Shown here piece by piece: positions 27,378 to 40,228 of a DNA stretch of 64,000 nt (its first letter is position 1; each line of letters starts with the position of its first letter). Source of the stretch: Malacoraja senta (lineage: Eukaryota); NCBI GenBank assembly GCA_038087875.1, contig CM075989.1:17362001-17426000 (forward strand), read 5' to 3'. The notes beneath the pieces were generated by a model. That model was not told the origin of the DNA and made no database searches. It saw only the letters and a list, made by a program, of their open reading frames with translations. The position numbers were made by a program, and so were the translations under genes.

Positions 27378-28340
27378 GGGCAGATTATTATTTCAATGGG
27401 GTTAGGTTAGGTAAGGGGGAGGTACAGCGAGACCTGGGTGTCCTTGTACACCGGTCACTGAAAGTTGGCATGCAGGTACAGCAGGCAGTGAAGAAAGCTA
27501 ATGGAATGTTGGCCTTCATAACAAGAGGACAATAGACAATAGATGCAGGAGTAGGCCATTTGGCCCTTCGAGCCAGCACTGCCATTCAATGTGATCATGG
27601 CTGATCATCCCCAATCAGTACCCCGTTCCTGCCTTCTCCCCATATCCCCTGTCTCCGCTATTTTTAAGAGTCCTATGTAGCTCTCTCTTGAAAGCATCCA
27701 GAGATCCTGCCTCCACCGCCCTCTGAGGCAGAGAATTTCAGTATAGGAGTAGAGAGGTTCTTCTGCAGTTGTATTGTGCTCTGGTGAGACCACATCTGGA
27801 ATATTGTGTACAGTTTTGGTCTCCTAACTTGAGGAAGGACATCCTTGTGATTGAGGCAGTGCAGCGTAGGTTCACGAGATTGATCCCTGGGATGGTGGGA
27901 CTGTCATATGAGGAAAGATTGAAAAGACTAGGCCTGTATTCACTGGAGTTTAGAAGGATGAGGGGGAATATTATAGAAACATATAAAATTATAAAAGGAC
28001 TGGACAAGCTAGATGCAGGAAAAATGTTCCCAATGTTGGGCGAGTCCAGAACCAGGGGCCACAGTCTTAGAATAAAGGGGAGGCCATTTAAGACTGAGGT
28101 GAGAAAAAACGTTTTCACCCAGAGAGTTGTGAATTTGTGGAATTCCCTGCCACAGAGGGCAGTGGAGGCCAAAGCACTGGATGGATTTAAGAGATAGTAA
28201 GATAGAGCTCTAGGGGCTAGTGGAGTCAATGGATATGGGGAGAAGGCAGGCAAGGGTTATTGATTGGGGATGATCAGCCATGATCACAATGAATGGCGGT
28301 GCTGGCTCGGAGGGCCGAATGGCCTCCTCCTGCACCTATT
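27378..28340 (+). mobile_element. CR1 LINE 3' fragment with a nested antisense CR1 3' end (about 27529-27739)
   Basis: RDLGVLV...KKANGMLAFITRG, then an inverted CR1 tail (acaatagacaatag), then RPHLEYCVQFWSP...; (TTCTATGT)n tail. Confidence 0.9.
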
Positions 28341-28442
28341 TTCTATGTTTCTATGTTTCTAGAAGGATAGTCCTCATGAGATGTCTTTCTGGGACATGCT
28401 TGGAACGGTGGAAAGGCAGTCACGGTGGAATACTTGGAATGG

Positions 28443-28760
28443 CAGTCACGGTGGCGCAGCGGTAGAGTTGCTGCCTTACAGCGAGTGTAGCGCCAGAGAC
28501 GCGGGTTCGATCCTGACTACGGGTGCTGTCTGTACGGAGTTTGTACGTTCTCCCCGCAACCTGCGCGGGTTTTCTCCGAGATCTTCGATTTCCTCCCACA
28601 CTCCAAAGACGTACATGTTTGTAGGTTAATTGGCTTGGTAAATGTAAAAATTGTCCCTAGTGGGTGTAGAATAGTGTTAATGTGCGGGGATCGCTGGTCG
28701 GCGCAGACCCGGTGGGCCGAAGGGCCTGTTTTCCGCGCTGTATCTCTAAACTAACTAATC
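28443..28760 (+). mobile_element. HE1-type tRNA-derived V-SINE, full length
   Basis: A-box TGGCGCAGCGG, B-box GGTTCGATCC, V-domain (ggagtttgtacgttctcccc...ttcctcccacactccaaagac), CR1-like 3' end gggccgaagggcctgtt and (CTAAA)n tail. Confidence 0.9.
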
Positions 28761-31700
28761 TAAACACAATTTTGTCTTGTGGCCACTGAACACCTGGCTG
28801 TGTAGCAGGGAAGTACAAGGAACGGTTGTGCTGTGGGTGTGACAGGTTTTATTTGAGTTCAGTGCAATGATCGTGGACATAATTTGAACCTTGAGGCAAA
28901 TTAAAGTTCCGCTCAAGCCATCAATGGTCCAAGAGGTGGCAGACAACAGGTTGAGGTATGTCCACAGCAGGGTATAAATAAGTGATGGTCTTCCGTGTGG
29001 TAAAACCTACTACATTTCATGCTGGAAGAGTAAAACGAGTATGAATGGCACCGTCAAGTAGCAACAGGCTGATGTTTTATGACAGTGCATAATAGTGGCA
29101 GATCACTGGGATTGATTCCACTCTGCCACTCCCACTGTGGGCTTGGTTTAAGATCTTGTGTCCAAGATCATGAGAGGAATAGAACGGGTAAATGCACAGA
29201 GTCTCTTACCCAGAGTGGGGAAGTCAAGAACCAGAGGACATAGGTTTAAAAAGAGGGGGATAAGATTTAATACAAACCTGAGAAGTAACTTTTTTACACA
29301 AAGGGTGGTGGGTGTATGGAAGGTAGTTGAGGCAGGTACTATCATAATGTTTAAGAGACATTTGGACAGGTACATACATAGGATAGGTCTTAGAGGGTTA
29401 TGGGCCAAGGGCGGGCAGGTGGGACTAGTGTAGATGGGGTATGTTGGTCCGCTTGGGCAAGTTGGGCTGAAGGGCCTGTTTCCACATTGTGTGAATCTAT
29501 GACTCTATGACCCCTGAAGTTAAGAGTTGCCTATTAGTTGAGGCAGATACAATAACAATATTTAAAAGACATTTGGACAGGTACATGGGGGAAAGGTTTA
29601 GAGGGATATGGGCCATATGCAGGTAAATGGGTTTTGCTTAAATGGGGCATCTTGGCTGGCTTGGAGAAGTTGGACTGAAGGGCCTGTTTCTGTGCTGTAT
29701 GACTCTATTACATGCCGAATGATCACAAGAACAAACAGTAAGTGGAAAATACTGCTGCACTGACCTGCTGAATATTTGTAGGTTTGGCACGGTGGTACAG
29801 TAGTAGAGTTGCTGCCTTACAGTGCCAGAGCCCTGGGTTCGATCCTGACTACACATGCTGTCTGAATGGAGTGTGTATGTTCTCCCTGTGACTGCATGGT
29901 TTCCTCTGGGTGCTCCGGCTTCCTCCCGCACTCCAAAGACTTACCGTACATGTTTGCAGGTTAATTGGCTTTGGTAAAATTGTCCCTAGTGTGTAGGAGA
30001 GTGCTAGTGTATGGGGTGATCGCTGGTCGGCGCGGAAGCGCTAGGCCGGAGGGCCTGTTTCCATGATGTTTTCCCAAAGTCTAAAGTTTAGAGTTTACGT
30101 TTTTTTATATTTGAAGGTTAAACATTCCTTGCTGATTTTTCCTCCTCCAGGGTTAATTTTGTTTTTAGCAGAATAAAGGCTAGAGCTTAAACATTTTTCT
30201 CCATCGCACACCCATTTCTGGTCCGAGACTTTCCGCCATCTGGAATTTACAGTTTTGGCAGAGCTGTTCTGTAATGGCAATTTCAGGAAATTTGTTACTG
30301 TGAATGAGAGCAAAGCTGAATAAAACTTGTGTACTTACAGAAGATAGACACAATGTGTTGGAGTAACTCAGCGGGTCAGGCAGCATCTCTGGAGAAAAAG
30401 GATGGGTGATGTTTCAGGTCGGGACCATTCTCCAGACTGCATTTACAGTTGTAGTCAGCAACACACAGCAAACTGATGGTCCTGGACATGTTCACTGCAA
30501 TAACAGGACATGATGCCATCATCTACAAGATGTTATTGGTCAGGAAGGAGTTGTGAATTCAGTCGTCCTGCCATTCCATGTCACAAGTTCACAAGTTATA
30601 GGAGTAGAATTAAGACATTCGGCCCATCGACTCTACTCCGCCATTCAATCAAGGCTGATCTCTGCCTCCTAATCCCATTTTCCTGCCTTCTCCCCATAAT
30701 CCTTGACACCCGTTCTGCTCAAGAATTTGTCTATCTCTGCCTTAAATATATCCACTGACATGGCCTCCACAGTCCTCTGTGGAAAAGAGTTCCACAGATT
30801 AACTATCCTCTGACTAAAGAAGTTTCTCCTCATCTCCTTTCTAAAAGAGTGCCCAATATTCACATTGGGGAATGAATGTGCCAATGCATGGTTTCTTTTA
30901 ACATGGTCAATGCAATGAACAAGGCTGCTCTCATTCACTGAAAGACAGGCTACTCCACAGGCTGAGCAACCCACCACAGTTGGAAGCAGTGAGTTCGTTT
31001 TTTAGTTTAGTTTAAAGATACAGCGTGGAAACAGGCCCTTCGGCCTATCGAATCACACAGCAAACTGATGGTCCTGGACATTTTCACTGCAATAATAGGA
31101 TACGATGCCATCATCTACAGGGTGTTATTGGTAAGGAGGAGTTGTGAACCAAGTCGTCCTGCCATTCCATGTCACAAGTTCACACGTTATAGGAGTAGAA
31201 TTAGGCCATTCGGCCCATCGAGTCTACTCCGCCATTTGCAGGAAAAATGTTCTCGATGTTGGGGGAGTCCAGAACCAGGGGTCATAGTTTAAGAATAAAG
31301 GGTAGGTCATTTAGGACTGAGATGAGGAAAAACGTTTTCACCCAGAGAGTTGTGAATCTGTGGAATTCTCTGCCACAGAAGGCAGGGGAGGCCAATTCAC
31401 TGGATGTTTCCAAGAGAGATTTAGATTTAGCTCTTTGGGCTAAAGGAATCAAGCGATAAGGGGAAAAAGCGGGAACGGAGTACTGATTTTGGATGATCAG
31501 CCATGATCATATTGAATGGTGGTGTTGACTCGATGGGCTGAATGGCCTACTCCTGCACCTATTTTCTATGAGTCCACATCAGCCAATGACCACCCATTCT
31601 ATGTTATCCCAGTTGGGGGGAAATGTTACAGAAGGCAATTGATCTACAAACTGCACATCTCTGGAATGTGAGAAGAAAATGGAGCATCCGGAGAAAACCC

Positions 31701-32218
31701 ACATGGTCACAGGAACAAAGTCCAAGGTCCGTACAGACAGCACCCGTAATCAGGATTGGACCCAGGTGGGTGAGAGAGCTGGGTAGCTGAGGGATAGGAA
31801 GGGAGAAAGACCTAAGAGAGAAAAGACATCTCCATGTGACTGGGTTTCCTTCAGGTGCTCTGGTTTCCTCTCCCAGCTCAAAGATGTCCAGGTCAGTAGG
31901 TGAATTGGTAACCTACCTGTAAACCGTTTCTAGTATACAGGCAAAGTCATAGAATAGGGGGGAATTTAATTTAGTTTAGTTTAGTTTAGAGATAAGGTAT
32001 GGAAAAAGGTCCTTTGGCCCACCATATCCGCACCAACAAGTGATCCTCACACACTATCACTATCCTACACACAGTTGGGACAATTTACAATATTACCGAA
32101 ACCAATTAACCTACAAACCAGGGGAAAACCCATGCAGGTGACAGGGAGAATGTACAGTACAAACTCCGTACAGACAGCACCCATAGTCAGGATTGAACCC
32201 GAGTCTCTGGCGCTGTAA

Positions 32219-32394
32219 AGGCCCTGTCCCACTTTCACGACCTAATTCACAACCTTTTTTACTCATGGACATATTTCATCAGGCTAGAAAAAACGCCGCG
32301 AACTACTTGATGCCACGAGTACCTACGACTAGCATCACGACCTCCTACGTCCTCGTGCAAACTCGGCAGAGGTCGTGAAAGTGGGACAGGCCCT
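32219..32394. mobile_element. PIF/Harbinger-type MITE inserted in a V-SINE
   Basis: TIRs AGG(G/C)CCTGTCCCACTTTCACGACCT; TAA duplicated at 32216-32218 and 32395-32397. Confidence 0.88.
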
Positions 32395-33313
32395 TAAGGC
32401 AACAACTCTACCGCTGCGCCACCGTGCCGCAGTGTTGATGACAATGTGGGAGAATAAAAGATGGTGTAACTGTAGGATTAATATTAATAGGTGGTCTATG
32501 GGCCGATGCCATCTCTCTCTACGACTCTATGAACATCATATTTCAATGTGCAGGGATGAGAGTTGTCGCATCATTTTAAAAAAGTGAAATAGGAACGTCG
32601 TGTATTGCTTGAAAAGTTAGTATTTAAGTGAGTTGGAGGAAATGCATCTTGGAGAACAGGTACACAACTCAAGCAGTGAGTTGGATGAACATGGCCATGC
32701 ATAGACAAACCAACACCATAATTTATTTCTGACAGGTTAGAATTGAAAAGTTGAATTTGCATTGAGAGGGGTTTGGATTACATGAAGCACTGTGCATATT
32801 CCAGCCTTCGTTGGCAAGGCATGATAGAGAACCGCAGGAGCTTTGCAGAAGTGGCAATAATTTAAGGTGACAACAATCGGGAAAGATCAGGCAGGCTGCA
32901 GCTCATTTCCAGTCAAAGGCGGAGAAGCAATTTACTTAAATGTTTAAGACTCGGGGAGAGGGTTCAACAGAGACGGGAAATGGCCACGGCGCTCACTGAT
33001 GCTAGAAATGGTGTTAAACTGGGCGTCCGCAAGGTGCCATGAATCACCATCAGCAGCAGAAACCTTTACCACCACAAGCTGTGACCTCACTGCCCGCCAT
33101 GCTCTCTCTGGTTCCATGTTTCCGTGCTGTATCGCTAAAACTAACACTAAAATAATTTTATCAAGCCAATTAACTTACAAACCTGTACGTCTTTGGAGTG
33201 TGTGAGGAAACCAGAGCTCCAGGCGAAAACCCACGCGGTCACGGTGAGAACGTACAAACTTCATACAGACAATACCCATAGTCAGGATCTAACCCGGGTC
33301 TCTGGCACTGTAA

Positions 33314-33613
33314 AGGGCCTGTCCCACTTTCCCGAGTCCTCAGTCGAGTTGAAAGGACCTTAAAAAAAAAAATCAAGATTTTTGTGATCTACGAACTCCT
33401 CCTCCCGACTATCATTTTACTCGTGGACTTTTTTGTCATGCTGGAAACAACGTCCCGACTTTCCTGATGCCCTGAGTACCTGCGGCTGACATAACGAGCC
33501 GCTACGGTATATCTACGGACTCCTACAGCCTCGCTACGGACATTCTCCGAGTTTGAATCAAGGGGAAAACTCGGGAGAATTCGCGAGTAACTCGGGAAAG
33601 TGGGACAGGCCCT
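33314..33613. mobile_element. PIF/Harbinger-type MITE (second subfamily) inserted in a V-SINE
   Basis: TIRs AGGGCCTGTCCCACTTTCCCGAGT; TAA duplicated at 33311-33313 and 33614-33616. Confidence 0.88.
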
Positions 33614-35145
33614 TAAGGCAGCAACTCTCTACCGCTGCGCCACCGCGCCGCCCATTGTGTAAGTTGTTCTCGTGCATTTACAGCACTGGCATTTACTGAA
33701 CAATCTGCAAAGTTGCCCCACTATGTCCTATTCACAAAATAAATGGGACCAATTATCACTCAATCAGTTTACCATCAATCACCAACAAAATGCTAGAAGA
33801 TGCAGTTGATGGTGTTCCCAAGAGTCACGGACGCACTAATGACTTGCTCATTGACATCCAGGTTAGGCTTTCTTAGGATCACTCAGCTCAGCTAAGCCCA
33901 GACTCTCAAGCTATGTTACAGAGACAAGGTGGAAATGGCACCGCTCGACCTCATGGTAACATTTGACCAAGACTCTGCCTCAGCCCATGACCTGCAGGCC
34001 ACCATCAACCTTAGACCTTTACTCCTTCACCTCAACCTTCCTCTTGCCTCAACCTTCCTAATACTTGCGCAGTCCTAGTGCCCTAACAGTTTGTTGACCT
34101 GTTGGTCGTGACTGTACCCAACCATCCAGATCCTGACCCCTCACGACTGAGACACCGTGGCTCACCGACCCCTCCCTAATAGCATCCTCCCTTCCTACCC
34201 CTGCCTCAGTGATCCTCCCCTCTTGCTTGGAGGAGTTTGTAAACAGTTCCATTGTAGACAGCCAGTCCAAATCATAGTCATGGAACATTGTGAAAGGGGT
34301 TAAGTTAATGTGTTTTAATCAGAATAAATTGTGAATTCGCGAGCAAGGCGGTTTCACGCAAAAATATGAAATAGCGAATGCTGCCAAAGTTTTACTGACA
34401 AAAATAATTAGGATAGTTGATCATTTTCTCGATAGTGTAAATCATGGAAAATAACGCAGAAATGGTGCCCATAATCGCCCTTTAATCTCCGCCATCAACT
34501 ACGTCAAACTATTCTTTCAGTCATTCCGTCGGCTTTTTATTTATTCGGCTTCCAAGTTGTTGCTGCCCTCAAGCCCAGGATTGGAACATTCCTGTGGAGA
34601 GAATTATTCTTTCTCAAGGAGTGGAACACAACTGTTTCATGAGTGTGGCTCGCATCTTGCTCAGAGTCAACAACCTCCTGGGTCTGACTCATCACCGCAT
34701 ATCCATGCACATCTTCTGCGGCAAACAATTACAAAAAGTACAAATAAACCCAGAGCAGGGGGTGGGGGTTGATCTTGGCGCAGTGAGAGGGTGCACGTCA
34801 AGCTGAAGTGGAGCCTGTTTCACATCTTGTCCTCTGTTTGATTCCCATTGTGTCCTCGTGCACTGGGTTATAGTCATAGAGTCATACAGCGTGTAAACAG
34901 GCCCTTCAGCCCAACTTGCCCACACTGGCCAACATGTCCCAGCTACACCAGTCCCACCTGCCCACGTTTGGTCCATATCCTTCCAAACCTGTCCTGTCTG
35001 TGTACCTGTCTAACTGTTTCTTAATCGTTGGGATAGCACCGGCCTCAATTTCCTCCTCTGGCAGCTAGTTCCATACACCCAAAAGGTTACCCCTCAGATT
35101 CCTATTAAATGTTTTCCCCTTCACCTTAAACCTATAATGCCATCT

Positions 35146-35172
35146 GTGTGCGTGTGTGTGTGTGTGTGTGTG
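35146..35172. repeat. (TG)n microsatellite
   Basis: Directly visible. Confidence 0.85.
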
Positions 35173-38100
35173 CGCAGGTATCCATGACAAAGACATTATG
35201 GTGCAATCCCAGTCTTCACATTAGTTTCAGTAATTATTAAACCCCAGCCCCTTTACTATGAAGTTATGGGCATTGATATGATCAGCAAACTCGGTCAACA
35301 GTTGGGAAGCTAGTAAAATATCCAACACCAGCAAAAGCATCTGTTTACAAAGCACACAGCATTCTCCTCTAGTTCCCTCCATTTTACAATGATGATTTAG
35401 TTTAGTTTGAAGATACTGCCTGGAAACAGGCCCTTTGGCCCACCAGCGATCCCACACATTAACACTATCCTACACACACACACACACACACAAGGGACAA
35501 TTTACAATTATACCAAGCCAATTAACCGACAAACCTATGCGTCTTTCTAATGTGGGAGGAAACCGGAGATCCCGGAGAAAACCCACGCAGGTCATGAGGA
35601 GAGCTTACAAATTCTGTACAGACAGCAGCCGCAGTCAGGATCAAATCCGGGTCTCTGGCGCTGTAAGGCAGCAACTCTACCGCTGCGCCACCGTGCCGCT
35701 CTGACGATACTTTATTCTCATGTGTACCTAGATAACGTGAAATTCTTTGTTTTTCCATACAAATTACACAAAAGAGTCGCTGCAAATGTGCCAACAAAGT
35801 TACAAAAGGTGCTCTTTAAGTAATGTTGATCCCTTCTTTGTGGAATTCATTGCCACAGACGGCTGTGGAGGCCAAGTCAATGGATATTTTTAAGGAGATT
35901 GATAGGTTCTTGATTAGTATGGGTGTCATGGGTTATGGGGAGAAGGCAGGAGAATGGGGTTGAGAGGGAAAGATAGATCAGCTATGAGCCAATTGGCTCG
36001 GTGAAATTATAAATTGTCCCTAATGTGTGTAGGATAGTGTCAATGTGCGGGGATTGCTGGTTGGCTCAGACTCGGTGGGCCGAAGGACATGTTTCCGCAC
36101 TTTATCTCTAAACTAAATTAAACAATGCCATATTTTCCCCTTACATACTATATCCCAAACTGTAATATCTCATTGAACTGTATGCAAAATAAAGCATTTC
36201 ACTCTAAGTACCATTGCAACAGAGGTTTGCTCCGAAAGTTACAGGCGGTCCCAATGTGTGGCTGACACTCCCACCCAGTGGTGTGCTACTGTAATTACAG
36301 GTATTTCCAATTCGTGGCTGACAGTCCCACCCAGTGGTGTACTGCTGTAATTACAGGTTCTTCTGACTGAGTCAGGGAGAGGTATGGGATCCAGCTGTCT
36401 GTGACACCCCCCCTGCCCCTCCTGACTGCAACAAAAATCTTCCTCCAAGGGACGCTGGAAGTGCAATGCCTCTCATTTCTCCTCTTCAACTTGCCTAAAT
36501 CCACAAGAAATCACAGAGAGTTGTGGATGTAGCCCAGTCCATCACAGAGACCAGATTCACCACCATCGACTCCATCAATGCTTCTTCACACTGCTTCGGA
36601 AAAGCAGCCAACATGTCCCACCCCTGCTGGCAGTACAATGTGTGGCAGGTGTAGTGGCCATTTTGCTCCTCAATGGTTGATGCCTTGATTTGAGTTTGTG
36701 ACCTCTATTTCTGGATTTCCTGATCTAAAGAAACAATGTCAGAAGATTGCGTAGGAAAGAACTGCAGATGATGGTTTAAATCGAAGGTAGACATCAATGC
36801 TGGAGTAACTCAGCGGTCAGGCAGCATCTCTGGAGAGAAGGAATGGGTAACGTTTCGGGTCGAGACACTTCTTCCAGACGTTTTTCAGAGGATTTATCCT
36901 GTCAAGCCTCTTGAAAATGTTCCACGTTTCGTTGAAATCATCGCTCAATCGTCTAAACTTTAGGGGGTATAGGCCCTGTTCTATTCACTAAGAATTGGAT
37001 TCTGCAGGGGGCGCTACAACGTTACGCCTACCCATTCACCCAGGGGCAGCACGATGTTGCAGTGGTAGAGTTGCAGCCTTACAGCGCCAGAGACCCAGGT
37101 TCGATCCTGTCTATGGATGCTGTCTGTACAGAGTTTATATGTTCCCCCTGTGACCGCGTGGGTTTTCTCTGAGAACATTGATTTCCTCCCACACTCCAAA
37201 GACGTACAGGTTTGTAGGTTAATTTGCTTGGTATGAATGTTTAAAAAATTGTCCCTAGTGTGGACAATCGCCCATCGGTGTGGACATGGTGGGCCAAAGG
37301 GCCTGTTTCAGTGCTGTATATCTAAACTAAACTGGTCAGATCGAAGTTACCCGAGGCTGAGAGTGGTCAGACTTAGGCAGGACAAAATCCCACAATTATT
37401 GCAAGTATCTTGTGTCACTACCTTGCTGTTGCTATCAAATGTCCCTGGTTTAAAAAAATCTAAGAATTTAACAAAAGATTTGAATGCTGCTTTATCCAGA
37501 GGAGCCCCAATTAAAATGGAATGATTGCTGGAAACGAAGGGCAGGCAAATGAGCTGGAGCAAGTTCTTATACCGCAAGGCACCTCTTGTTTTTTATACCG
37601 CGAGGCACCTCTTGTTCAGCACAATGCACAAAAGTCCCTTTCAAATCCAAGTCTACGGGCATACATTGATGAACAGGGCAAGCAGGGTCCAATATAATGG
37701 TCACCATGAAAACAATTTGCTCTGGTAATTATGAAGGTACATTTTAATTATGTTCATGTCCATTCAAACACCTAATGAAAACGCTCTTTACTCGGCTACT
37801 TATTCAAAGGCACAAACTCATGAATCACATCTCTTAAAAAACTCTCAGAGATAAAGGTGACAGAAGTCTGTAGGGCCTAATGAGAATGACTGAATTGTCC
37901 TCTGTCCCCGCATTGCTATTACTAAATAAAGTTGACCAAAGTCAGAGACACTGTTGTGATTTGTGTTCATTTTGTTTTACCGCAGGTTTTTCAGCCCACA
38001 AAGTTCAGCACCCACTTACACCATTCCTATACTCTTCTCATTTTACTCTCCTCCAAATAATATGTTAGTGTTTAATTACTCAGTTCATAAAGTTCCTAGA

Positions 38101-38824
38101 GTGTTGATTAGGGCACATGGTATACTTGCTTTGTGCATAAAAGTCAGGAGGTCTAGAAGGGCGCCTTTGAAAAAGTATTTGAAAAGAGTGTAAATGAGGA
38201 TCGCAAGAATGATATCTGAATTAGGCAGTATTAGCTGCAGGGAGTTGGACAAACTTGTATTGTTTCCCTGGAACCCCAGAGGTTCAGGGGAGACCTGAAA
38301 GAAGTATATAAAATTACGAAAGGAATTGATAGGGTTGTCAGCCCGAATCTTTGTCCCAGGGTGGAAATATCAAATACTAGAGGGCAGAGCTTTAAGGTGA
38401 AAGGGGCAAAGCTGAAAGGAGATGTGCAGGGCAGGTTTGTTTGTTATTTTTTTTAAAGAGGGCGGTGAGTGCCTGGAACATGCTGCCAGGGCTGCTGGTA
38501 GGGACAGATACGGTGGTGGTGTTTAAAAGTCTTTTAGATAGGCACATGGGTGTGCAGAGAATGGAGGGATATAGATTATGTGCAGGCAGATAGATACGAG
38601 TTGGTCTTGGCATCATGTTAGACGCAGACATCGTGACCCAAATGGCCTGTTCATTTGCTGTACTGTTCCACCTTCCATTATATTCAAAGATGATTTATAT
38701 GATCAGCAAATATTAAGACCAACTAGAAGGTAAACTGGGAACAGACCAGAACAAGCAGACACACACTGCCTGGAGGGCACGGAATGAAAACATGACCAGG
38801 TATTACTTTAAAAATGTACTTTGG

Positions 38825-38830
38825 TTTATT
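38825..38830 (-). promoter_or_regulatory. Candidate PARP16 polyadenylation signal (AATAAA)
   Basis: TTTATT on + strand at the end of about 1.3 kb of AT-rich, repeat-free sequence downstream of the stop; other AATAAA candidates near 39187 and 39240. Confidence 0.3.
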
Positions 38831-40086
38831 AGATTAAGCAACATTGGGACATTGTGACAAAAGGGTTGACTCTGCCAAGTAATTCAAATGGTGTCTTGCA
38901 TGGTAAAATAGATCAGAATCTAAAATTATATTTTAGCAAAAAAATACAGGTCAGAAATACTATTTCCAAGTACAAATAACCTCTAAAAAAAATCTAACTT
39001 TCAGCTGAATACATGCATAATATGTAGTATATATTATATAAATATTTCTTACAGGAATCAAATTTGGATTGTTGGAAAGGTTCGTAACTTTGAAGGCCAA
39101 ACTGCAGATATTGTTTGATTGAATACACACCAATAACCCAAATAAAGGATATTTACCAAAGCCTAAACAATACCTTCTATCTGTATTTTATTGAACCCCA
39201 AGGCTAAGACATATTGGAAATAATAACCCTTTCTTACACTTTATTCAGGCTACAGATTATACAAGAATGTTCCTTTTGCAGCTTGTTTATAACAAAGTTC
39301 ACTGCCATGCATAGAAAATGCTGAATAATATAGTATAAAATTATTCAGTCATATACTTTTTGTCTAAGGATTTTATGAAATTTGGGGGGGAAAGTAACTC
39401 AAGGAATACAAACAGCAAAGCAGTTTGAATGCCAAATATTTGACATGTTATAAAGAAGATATAAAATTGGTTTCTTAACACATTGAGATCAATCAAGAAA
39501 ACGGATTGACGTAACAGTATAAGAATAATTGATGTTCTTCTAATACCTGATCTTGTTTCCAGCTCACTTCAGGGACCCGATGACTCTTCCTCTCTCATGG
39601 CTGTCACGATTAGAATTTGAAAACAGTGCAGGGGTTTCAGCTGCAGCCAATGCACTGGAGGGCCAGTCAGTGAGCTGAAGTGCAGATTTCACTTCTTACA
39701 GGTTAGGCAAGAGCCAACTAGTTGGGCTAATGCAAAAGGCACATGAATCTATGCCTGCACCAAGCTGAGAACAGGGTTGGGAACCTCTGCCTGTTGCAAA
39801 ACTGGAAACAAGAACAGTTACGTTCTACAGCACAGTCACTATTCACCCTTGAGTAATACAAAAGACCTATTTTATTCAGAACTATATAGAACCATTAAAG
39901 AACTGCAATGGAATGATATTGGAATCTCAAAACCTGGAATACATTCTTGGCACCGTAGGTTCTGTAAATTAAATTATTATTGGTCCACAAGTGCCTTTCT
40001 GTAGCAGTGAAAACTAAGGCATCAGGTAAGAATTGTAGTGCGTGTCAATGTTTTGGACAGCTAAAGATACAGCAGCAGCAAACTCA

Positions 40087-40228
40087 TCACTTTGTGTCGA
40101 GAAATCGATTCCAGTAATACTGGAAAGCTGGTGAGTTCCGGGCACCGATAACTATTAGGAGTAACAAATACATCATCATCATCACTAAAAAACTGTGCTG
40201 GGAGATCCAGGATGGCTGTCTCGTGGGC
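40087..40228 (-). CDS. PARP16: PARP16 coding exon 6 (C-terminal ER tail anchor, stop)
   Basis: Acceptor tttgcAG; SWISQHSFLVMMMMYLLLLIVIGARNSPAFQYYWNRFLDTK*; hydrophobic transmembrane segment; six exons sum to 1017 nt (338 aa plus stop). Confidence 0.94.

Noticed and set aside
28443..28520. tRNA gene suggested by A and B boxes
   Set aside because: It is the tRNA-derived head of a multi-copy SINE and continues into the V-domain and LINE-like tail.
32216..33616. piggyBac/Kolobok (TTAA) assignment for the MITEs
   Set aside because: Rebuilding the empty SINE site shows a 3-bp TAA duplication (TTA at 41280/42469), which fits PIF/Harbinger.
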